From contig NC_009925.1 of assembly GCF_000018105.1 (NCBI RefSeq), positions 6,030,001 to 6,062,000 of the forward strand: 32,000 nucleotides of DNA, in the 5' to 3' direction. A program made the translations under genes and the position numbers. The notes under the pieces were generated by a model. The model did no database searches, was not told the DNA's origin, and saw only the letters and a program-made list of their open reading frames with translations. This DNA is from Acaryochloris marina MBIC11017. GTDB lineage: Bacteria; Cyanobacteriota; Cyanobacteriia; Thermosynechococcales; Thermosynechococcaceae. Within the stretch, counting starts at the first letter, position 1; the number at the start of each line of letters is the position of its first letter. Shown in pieces: positions 24,627-31,567 of this stretch.

Positions 24627-25253
24627 ATGATAAGTACCCAGCTCAATGAAACCTCTTTATCTCTAAATGGTGAAGGCACGATTGATCAGCTTCCATCCGT
24701 TTTGGCGATGCAACGGTTTCATGCTTTGAACGATCAAAGGAATGGGAGCTTGACCCAGAAGATGCAAATATCTTCTACTTCCTTAAAGATGCTTAATCGG
24801 ATTGTCGAGAAATTTCCAGCCCAGGAAATCTATCAAATCGGAAAGGAATTAGGAGAAAGAGAATTTAGAGCCTTTTATCTCGCCTTTGCACCAGTCAATC
24901 CTTCTTTGCTCGATTTGGGCTGGAAGACAATTCTAGAGCGGTGGTGGGTTTATGCCTATTTATCTGAATACGGTAACGTGAATCTTGAGTTAAGCCAAGA
25001 ACAAAATGATTACTTCTTTGTAACATTTACCAATACTAAGATCCATCGTACCAAAGCGACGAAAAACAAGCCGGTGTGCCCACTGATTGCAGGAGTCCTA
25101 GCAGGTTTTTTTAGCAGCTTGTCGGGTTATGAATATGAAGCCATTGAAACTGAATGCCATGAGAAGGGGCATCAAAATTGTACGTTTATTCTAGGGAATA
25201 GTGGCTTGGTTAATTCCGAGACATTTTGGCAAGCAATCCATGATATCCATTAA
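24627..25253 (+). CDS. V4R (4-vinyl-reductase-like) domain protein
   Basis: The C-terminal segment KPVCPLIAGVLAGFFSSLSGYEYEAIETECHEKGHQNCTFILG fits the V4R Cys pattern (C-x3-G-x2-x-G ... E-x-x-C-x3-G-x3-C-x-F). Confidence 0.65.
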   Translation: MISTQLNETSLSLNGEGTIDQLPSVLAMQRFHALNDQRNGSLTQKMQISSTSLKMLNRIVEKFPAQEIYQIGKELGEREFRAFYLAFAPVNPSLLDLGWKTILERWWVYAYLSEYGNVNLELSQEQNDYFFVTFTNTKIHRTKATKNKPVCPLIAGVLAGFFSSLSGYEYEAIETECHEKGHQNCTFILGNSGLVNSETFWQAIHDIH

Positions 25254-25385
25254 TCTGGATTACTCATGAAAAGGGCTATGTCATCCTACAGAAATCTACA
25301 AAATCCATTTAGAAAACTTTTAAGCAGTCAGTGCCATTGTTCTGTAGCAATCTCTATTATTTAACTAGGCACCAGCTAAATTGAA

Positions 25386-26181
25386 GGCGTTGCTCAATGA
25401 CGGGATGAATTAATTGGATTGCGTCAGGATAACCTCATGACTATTTCAAACATCATGAGGAATCTGTATGAAGTGTCCTGAGTGTGGTGGTCAACATATC
25501 CATAAGAATGGGCATCGTCGAGGTAAACAAAATCATATCTGTGTGACCTGTGGACGACAGTTTCTTTCAACTTACTCAAAGCGTGGCTACAGTGATTGGA
25601 CGAAACGACTCTGCCTGAGAATGTATGTCAATGGAATGGGGTTGAAGGGTATCGAACGAGTCATAGGCGTTGCTCATACCACTGTGATTCATTGGGTTCA
25701 ACAAGTTGGAGTTCTATTACCCGATGCTTATGACCCCGACGATATCCCACAGGTCGGAGAATTAGATGAACTCGAAACCTTTGTGGGCAAAAAACGCAAT
25801 AAGGTCTGGATTTGGACTGTGGTGGATCATTTTCACCCCGGCATTCTAGGCTGGGTTGTGGGTGACCATAGTGCTGAGACCTTTCGACCGTTATGGCAAG
25901 CAATCGTCTGTTGGCAATGTTTTTTCTGGGTCAGTGATGGCAATCCCGTCTATCCAGGCTTTATCCCAGAGGGTGACCAGATTGTTAGCAAGACCTACAT
26001 GACACGAGTAGAGGGAGAAAATACTCGTTTACGACATTACTTGGCACGGCTCCATCGCAAGACTTTATGTTATTCAAAGTCGGTGGACATGCTCAAGCAT
26101 TCAATTCGACTATTGATCCACTATCTCAAGTTTGGGGAAGTACCTATTCCTGCGTGAGTCATCCCGTCATTGAGCAACGCC
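25386..26181 (+). mobile_element. Complete IS1-family insertion sequence (796 bp)
   Basis: Perfect 23-bp terminal inverted repeats: GGCGTTGCTCAATGACGGGATGA (25386-25408) and its reverse complement (26159-26181). They are flanked by an 8-bp direct target duplication AAATTGAA (25378-25385 and 26182-26189). A single transposase ORF lies inside. Confidence 0.92.
25468..26157 (+). CDS. IS1-family transposase (single-ORF InsAB-like)
   Basis: N-terminal zinc finger CPECGG...CVTCGRQF. HTH region: MYVNGMGLKGIERVIGVAHTTVIHWV. DDE part: DELETFVGKKRNKVWIWTVVD ... SDGNPVY ... TRVEGENTRLRHYLARLHRKTLCYSKSVDMLKHSIRLLIHYL. This parallels E. coli IS1 InsB ([28 protein letters not shown]). Confidence 0.9.
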   Translation: MKCPECGGQHIHKNGHRRGKQNHICVTCGRQFLSTYSKRGYSDWTKRLCLRMYVNGMGLKGIERVIGVAHTTVIHWVQQVGVLLPDAYDPDDIPQVGELDELETFVGKKRNKVWIWTVVDHFHPGILGWVVGDHSAETFRPLWQAIVCWQCFFWVSDGNPVYPGFIPEGDQIVSKTYMTRVEGENTRLRHYLARLHRKTLCYSKSVDMLKHSIRLLIHYLKFGEVPIPA

Positions 26182-26239
26182 AAATTGAAACCCATAAACA
26201 GTTATTCGGTTGCCTTTTATGCCTATCTCTTTCCTGGGG

Positions 26240-27511
26240 TCAACGACTGCTCTCAAGTTTATTAGGAATCCCTTCGCAACCGCCAGGAATAGTTGCCCTA
26301 GACTGTTTTCCTCCCCACGCACAACAGTAATACCGTTGCTCTTCGGATAATCCTTTCGCTTTAGAGAAATCGGCATTTTCAATTACAGCCCCAGTTTGTG
26401 CACCGGTTTGAAAGTTGGGTGGATTCATGCGATCGCGCGGTGTTACCTTTTCCACTTCCCCATAGAAAAATCGGGTCCGGGTTAAATCCGTCTTCGATAA
26501 ATTGGCTCCATACAAAATACAGCGAGACAAATTGGCTCGGCCTAAATCACACCCCTGCAAATTACTATGGACTAGATTGGCTTCACTCATCTCAGTCCGC
26601 CGTAGATCAGTCCCGGACAGATCGACATTTGCCAACATACCAACCAAATCAATTACCCGTACTCCATATTCCAGGTCTTCTTCATAGCCTCCCAACCCAT
26701 CAAAAATGGCGCGACCTAATCTGCGATCGCGTTTTAACGGCGTCAATAACTTAGAACTGGATAGGAACCGAATCACCTTTGCCTTTCCTTCGGCACTCAG
26801 TCCTGTCAAAATTGCTGCAGTTCGGCCTTCCGCAATAGCTCGCTCCGGGGGCCAGTCTTCTAACAATCCTTCTTCATTGATCACCAAATCAGAAATCCCT
26901 TGGAAATAGGCATCAATCGTTTGTTGTTGGGTAATCCGATTTTGCTGCTCCGTTAATTCTTTGGAAATCACGTACTGACGCCAGGCCACATAAAGCGCTA
27001 AAAAGGCCACTAGTATTTGCCCCACTGCTCCAAAGGAGTCTGCTAGAGCACCCACTGCTTCCCAATTGACCGTCCGTCCCCCCAGTAACATTTGGGGCAA
27101 CCCCGTAAACTGAATAACACCGATCAGGCCAACAACACTCAAAACGCCGGCTAGAATCAGTTGCTGATTCCGAACAGACACCCATTCCTGCAGAGCTTTA
27201 CTCAGGGGAGGCCACAGTACCCTCAGGGACAACCACAGCACCACCACGGCTGCCGGTAGGCCAATCCAGGGATTATGAAACAGCAAGCTCACAATCAGGA
27301 CGACCGTTGCTGCTCCGGTTACTAACTCGATTGAAGAAGAAGCGGTAGCAGATTGCAACAGCCTGGTGGAAGACGCTTTTAATCCTGCTAATGAAGGAGA
27401 CAACTCTCCTTTGCCATTTGCAAGAGACCGTTCCGTTTCATTAACTGATCGAGGAGACACCGAAGACTGTTGTTCTTCTGGATTTGGCGTTGGGGATGAA
27501 GGCCGTGTCAT
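26240..27511 (-). CDS. Membrane-anchored pentapeptide-repeat protein
   Basis: Ser/Pro-rich N-terminus, then 3-4 hydrophobic helices (AATVVLIVSLLF, LPAAVVVLWLSL, LILAGVLSVVGLIGVIQF, FGAVGQILVAFLALYVAW). C-terminal pentapeptide repeats: ANVDLSGTDLRRTEMSEANLVHSNLQGCDLGRANLSRCILYGANLSKTDLTRTRF. Confidence 0.85.
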   Translation of the reverse strand: MTRPSSPTPNPEEQQSSVSPRSVNETERSLANGKGELSPSLAGLKASSTRLLQSATASSSIELVTGAATVVLIVSLLFHNPWIGLPAAVVVLWLSLRVLWPPLSKALQEWVSVRNQQLILAGVLSVVGLIGVIQFTGLPQMLLGGRTVNWEAVGALADSFGAVGQILVAFLALYVAWRQYVISKELTEQQNRITQQQTIDAYFQGISDLVINEEGLLEDWPPERAIAEGRTAAILTGLSAEGKAKVIRFLSSSKLLTPLKRDRRLGRAIFDGLGGYEEDLEYGVRVIDLVGMLANVDLSGTDLRRTEMSEANLVHSNLQGCDLGRANLSRCILYGANLSKTDLTRTRFFYGEVEKVTPRDRMNPPNFQTGAQTGAVIENADFSKAKGLSEEQRYYCCAWGGKQSRATIPGGCEGIPNKLESSR

Positions 27512-27641
27512 GCACTTTTCGAAAAGAGACTACAGATACCGCTTTTATTTAATCGTAGTCTGCCCCAAACACGAAGATCGTTACCTTTAAGCGTTTATTC
27601 CCAGATTAATCGCCATCAATAAGTTCAGTTCTAACAACAGT

Positions 27642-27682
27642 CATCATAAATATTTTACTAAGAAGTAAAAATATTTATGATG
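27642..27682. repeat. 17/18-bp AT-rich imperfect palindrome (one bulge) in a divergent intergenic region
   Basis: CATCATAAATATTTTAC (27642-27658), loop TAAGAA, GTAAAAATATTTATGATG (27665-27682). The arms are complementary except for one extra A. It lies 100 nt upstream of the SLH-CAP start. Confidence 0.4.
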
Positions 27683-27781
27683 TTCCCTTGCCCAATGGGA
27701 GTCTCCTTTTTCATGATTAATTCCTAAATGGAGAATTTTCTTCTCTCCAGTTTGTTGGGATTTGTATAGGGACTTAATGGG

Positions 27782-29005
27782 ATGTTCAAACGTCACTTTT
27801 TGGGGTTAGGTAGTGCAGGAGTGAGCATAGGTTTTCTCTGGCTGAACCCAGGTATAGCTTTGGCTGCACCAGGTTGTGAATCGGCTCAACCACTTACTTT
27901 AGCCGGTATTGGATCACCATCGAATCCTGCTCCACCTCCATTTATTTTGGCCAAGAAACAGTTTTCCGATACCCGTAATCATTGGGCAGAACCTTTTATC
28001 TCAGCCTTAGTCAAACGAAAAATTGTCAGCGGTTTTCCAGGGAATCGGTTTAAGCCTGATGCCCCTGTAACCAGGGCAGAGTTTGCAGCCATGCTTGCCA
28101 AGGCCTTTGACTATCGTTCGCCCCGTCAATCTCCAAAATCATTCTCCGATGTCACGATTTCTTGGCAGAAACAGTCCATTGGCAAAGCCTACGCCCTAGG
28201 GTTTATGTCCGGTGGTCCCAAGGGACGTTTTAACCCAAACCAGGCGATTACTCGATTGCAGGCACTGGTTGCCCTGTCCTCGGGATTAGAACTGGCCAGT
28301 CCAGGCAATCCGGTTCAGGTACTAAGTCAACAGTTTAGAGATGCAAATCAAGTCCCCAGTTGGGCTGTTAAAAAGATTGCAGCCACCACTCGCCGTAAAA
28401 TCGTCAGTAACTACCCCAGTCCCCAAGTATTGTCTCCCAATCGCATGGCAACCCGAGGAGAAGTGGCTGCCTTTATCTATCAAGCATTAGTCAACGCCAA
28501 AAAAGCGCCCCAACTAGCCGCCAAAAATGTATCTCGCAAATATATCGTTGGCTATCAAGGCAGCATTACCTACGATATTAAAGATTTGGTCCCCTTGCAC
28601 AATCAAGTCCGTTCAGAGGTAGGAGTTGGCCCTATCACTTGGTCTGATAATTTAGCAGAATATGCCACTGAATGGGCCAATTATCTGGCTACTAAAGGGG
28701 GCTGTAAGCTCACCCATCGGCCCTTTAAGGGAAAGTGGCAGCAAAAATACGGCGAGAACTTATTTATGGGCAGTTTCACTGCGTTTAACGTTACCGATGC
28801 CGTCAAGACTTGGTACACGGAAAAGAAGAAATATGACGGAAAACCGCTCAACCGTTCAAATGCTGTCTTGGCTAGCCACTACACCCAACTTGTCTGGGGA
28901 AAGACCCGTAAAGTCGGTTGTGCCCAGGTTACCTGTCAGAAGAGACTGATTGTGGTGTGTAATTATGATCCACCTGGCAATCATCTGGGGGAAAAGCCCT
29001 TTTAG
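27782..29005 (+). CDS. Secreted SLH x3 - CAP/SCP (PR-1-like) domain fusion protein
   Basis: Signal peptide GVSIGFLWLNPGIALA|AP. Three SLH repeats: FSDTRNHWAEPFISALVKRKIVSGFPGNRFKPDAPVTRAEFAAMLAKAF; FSDVTISWQKQSIGKAYALGFMSG...RFNPNQAITRLQALVAL; FRDANQVPSWAVKKIAATTRRKIVSNY...LSPNRMATRGEVAAFIYQAL. C-terminal CAP motifs: LHNQVRSEVGVGPITWSDNLAEYA, YGENLF, HYTQLVWGKTRKVGCA, VVCNYDPPGN. Confidence 0.88.
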   Translation: MFKRHFLGLGSAGVSIGFLWLNPGIALAAPGCESAQPLTLAGIGSPSNPAPPPFILAKKQFSDTRNHWAEPFISALVKRKIVSGFPGNRFKPDAPVTRAEFAAMLAKAFDYRSPRQSPKSFSDVTISWQKQSIGKAYALGFMSGGPKGRFNPNQAITRLQALVALSSGLELASPGNPVQVLSQQFRDANQVPSWAVKKIAATTRRKIVSNYPSPQVLSPNRMATRGEVAAFIYQALVNAKKAPQLAAKNVSRKYIVGYQGSITYDIKDLVPLHNQVRSEVGVGPITWSDNLAEYATEWANYLATKGGCKLTHRPFKGKWQQKYGENLFMGSFTAFNVTDAVKTWYTEKKKYDGKPLNRSNAVLASHYTQLVWGKTRKVGCAQVTCQKRLIVVCNYDPPGNHLGEKPF

Positions 29006-29042
29006 TGGCTTGTTCGGTTGCAGATTCAGCGGCTTCACCTTC

Positions 29043-29990
29043 TATAGCACTACGGATATATGTTAGTACGCTCTTTGAAAGCAGCATCCACACAATCACG
29101 AAAGGTATCAAATTCATCCCACCGCTGCTTCATCCAGTTTTTGAGCACAAACCACCATCGCTCGATTTTATTGAGATCTGGAGAATAGCTCGGTAGATAC
29201 CAAATCTCACAGCCTGCTTCAGCTACGATTTCTTCGATCCTCTGGCCATGATGAAAACTGGCATTATCAATCACAATCACATCGCCAAGTTGTAACTGGG
29301 ATATAAGACTCTGCTGTAACCACGCTTCGAATAACAACCGATTGCAAGACCCTTCAAAGGTCATGGGAGAAAATAACTGGCCTTCTTTGAGCGCAGCAAT
29401 AAAACTGACTCGCTCTGTCCGCTTGCCTGATTTGAGGTCATAAAATCGTTGACCCACAGGGCAGTATCCATAAGGATAGTCCGCTCGATTATCGATACCC
29501 GCTTCGTCTACATAGACGATCTGATGAGGGTGTTTGGTCTGTAATCGTTCTATAAATGCTTGACGTTGTGTTTCATCTCGTTCTCGATAGCCATAGGTCT
29601 TTTTTTTCGACTCAATCCCAGTTTTCTCAAGGCATCACTGATATTTTGCTGGGTGACATTATCCCCCCATAGCTTAGCCATTTGGGCCTGGGTTTTACCC
29701 CCATGCTCTTGAGCAAATTCACGAAAGCGCTCCCAATCTGTGATCTTGTGGCGAGCCCCTTGTTGGTAGTTGGTAATCGCCTGACAGTCACCTGTAGCTT
29801 CTTCGCGGACTATCCATAGATGCAAGGTATTACGGCTGATGTTCAACATTCGACAGATATCGACTTTCCGTTCACCATTCTTGAAGGCATCAACGGCTTT
29901 ACGACGAAGGTCATAACTATAGGGTGCTGGCATACTAATGTAGGGATATCTTCTATATCAATAGTACTAACATAGTTTCGTAGGGCTATA
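29043..29990 (-). mobile_element. IS630-family insertion sequence (copy a), about 0.95 kb including flanking TA
   Basis: Imperfect terminal inverted repeats match 23 of 27 positions: TATAGCACTACGGATATATGTTAGTAC (29043-29069) versus the reverse complement of 29964-29990 (TATAGCCCTACGAAACTATGTTAGTAC). Both ends start with TA, the IS630 target. It sits 38 nt after the SLH-CAP stop. Confidence 0.8.
29050..29933 (-). CDS. IS630-family transposase, two frames joined by a putative -1 frameshift at an A8 run
   Basis: The upstream frame holds an HTH (KVDICRMLNISRNTLHLWI). The minus-strand run CGA AAA AAA AGA corresponds to the T-run at 29600-29607. The -1 frame reads K-TYGYRERDETQRQAFIERL...IVYVDEAGIDN...VIVIDNASFHH...YSPDLNKIERWW (DDE triad), open to 29050. 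Confidence 0.8.
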
Positions 29991-30170
29991 TTAACTTTCC
30001 AAGGTCCTTTTATAAATACCAATATCAATCTGCATTAAAAGTTGGGTCACATCCCTTTGATCATCAACTGATAGTTTGATCTGACTTTTCACGGTAACTC
30101 CTGGAGTTATTTTCCCATAGAGGTTCTAGAAAATCTTTCTCCATACAACTACGATGGCTAAACCCCGAGT

Positions 30171-30365
30171 ATGGAGATGATTAGGATGCAGACATGGTGG
30201 AAGAAAAACTTTGCTGAGTGTCAATTCAGTGATCAGCGCTTGACCCATCGAGCCTTAAAGATTGGTCAAGCAATTTGCGAAGGCTTCGGCCAAGCCCTGT
30301 CGAGTATTTTCAAGACTGCAACAGAGCTCAAACGCTCTTATGAATTTTCGCCAATGGGAAAACTA
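30171..30365 (+). pseudogene. N-terminal fragment of a Tn5-like (IS4-family) transposase, interrupted
   Basis: MEMIRMQTWWKKNFAECQFSDQRLTHRALKIGQAICEGF...ELKRSYEF fits the Tn5-type N-terminal DNA-binding domain pattern (W-x3-F...GD-x-RL...AYRF). The reading frame is broken at a T4 run (30345-30348). It is then cut by the IS630 insertion at TA 30364-30365. Confidence 0.7.
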
Positions 30366-31567
30366 GTGCTTCGCCACAGTGATTATGACAGGATAGTTTG
30401 GGGATAGAGTCGGCTGAGTTTAGTTCGTGCATCATCCACCGTAAACAACCAATTAACCGTTGCCTTATCATGGTTCCGCCTTTTTTCCCCATGCAGTGAC
30501 CTCGTACCGGAGTTGTTCAATATCAGGAATCCGCCGATTTAAGCATTGCCTCGAAAGGGCAGAGAACTCAAACTCAATCATATTGAGCCAACTGCCATGT
30601 TTTGGGGTGTAGTGAAACTGAATACGCTTGAGAATCCGCAAGGCTTCATCTGGATTGAAGGTTTTGTAAAGTGCTGCGGGAGAATGGGTATTGAGATTGT
30701 CCAAAACAACATGTAGCTTGTCAGCCTGGGGAAACAGACCATCCACTAGATATTGCATGCAAAGTGCAAAATCTTCGCTTTTGCGATGCTCAGTCACCTT
30801 CAAATGTCGCCAACTTTTGAGCGGTTGAAAAAAGCCAAATATATTACAAGTGCCCTTCCGCTCATATTCATGGTCGTAGCGTTGAGGACGACCGGGCTTC
30901 GGTGGACGGGGCACCCGGGTTTCGCCAATCAGTTGGCAAGGCCGTTCATCAAAACAAACAACAGGCTCATCAGGATCGTAGGGTTGGGCATACCAATCTA
31001 GAACGTTCTCCATCCGCCAAACAAAGTCTGCGCCTACAGTAGAAAAACACCACTGCTCTTTTAGCCAAGGCTTAAGCTGTTTTTTTCGAGCGTACGTCGC
31101 ACAGTTTCATCCGATAGGCTTTCGACGACTTTAAGTTCAACCAGCCGTTCTGCCAATAGCTGCATGGTCCACCGGCAACAACCGGTTGGTGGGTCGCTAC
31201 AAGCTGTCGCAATTAGCAAGGCCTCTGCTTTGCTATCGAGCTTCTTTTGCCCTCCTGGTCTGGGACGCTCATTGAGGGCAAATTCCACACCACCTTCAAC
31301 AAATTTCTGGCGAGTACGATGCACGGTAGAGATGCCTGCATTGAGCATTTGAGTAATGGTATCGTCTTTGTGTCCCTCATCTGCCAACATCAAAATCTGG
31401 GCTCGTTTCATTTTTCGCGCTGACAGGGTTCTACGTCGGGTGAGTTGTATCAGCTCACTGCGTTCTTCAGGCGTTAGCGTCACAATATATTTGTCAGGCA
31501 TGATTAGTTGGCTAAAAACAGCTAGATTGTTGCTAGCTTACCTATCCAATTCAGTGTGGTCGAGCAC
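30366..31567 (-). mobile_element. IS630-family insertion sequence (copy b, 1202 bp) nested inside the Tn5-like transposase gene
   Basis: Flanked by TA (30364-30365) and TA (31568-31569). The imperfect ends are GTGCTTCGCCACAGTGA... (30366-) and the reverse complement of 31567 backwards, GTGCTCGACCACACTGA.... Removing the element plus one TA rejoins the two halves of the Tn5-like gene. Confidence 0.8.
30468..31501 (-). CDS. IS630-family transposase, two frames joined by a putative -1 frameshift at an A7 run
   Basis: The upstream frame holds HTH domains (LSARKMKRAQILMLADEG; ISTVHRTRQKFVEGG). The minus-strand run GAA AAA AAC corresponds to the T-run at 31080-31086, and the 0 frame stops at 31061. 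The -1 frame reads KQLKPWLKEQWCFSTVGADFVWRMENVLDWY...VVCFDERPCQ...HVVLDNLNTH...YTPKHGSWLNMIEFEF (DDE). Confidence 0.8.

Noticed and set aside
25286-25347. 8-bp inverted repeat CTACAGAA / TTCTGTAG downstream of the V4R gene
   Set aside because: A 46-nt loop and a short stem are within chance expectation.
26067-26382. ORFs 26067-26330 (+) and 26167-26382 (-)
   Set aside because: They run across the IS1 right end and target duplication into the flank, or overlap the 3' end of the pentapeptide gene. They are artefacts of the junction sequence.
28662-29196. ORFs 28662-28949 (+), 28856-29038 (-), 28929-29117 (-) and 29005-29196 (+)
   Set aside because: They are off-frame overlaps of the SLH-CAP gene 3' end and the IS630 left end, with no motifs.
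30081-30099. CTGACTTTTCACGGTAACT as the outside end of the Tn5-like element (Tn5 ends begin CTGACTC)
   Set aside because: Only about 6-7 nt of resemblance. The right end of the element lies beyond the window, so no inverted-repeat partner can be checked. It is left as a hint only.
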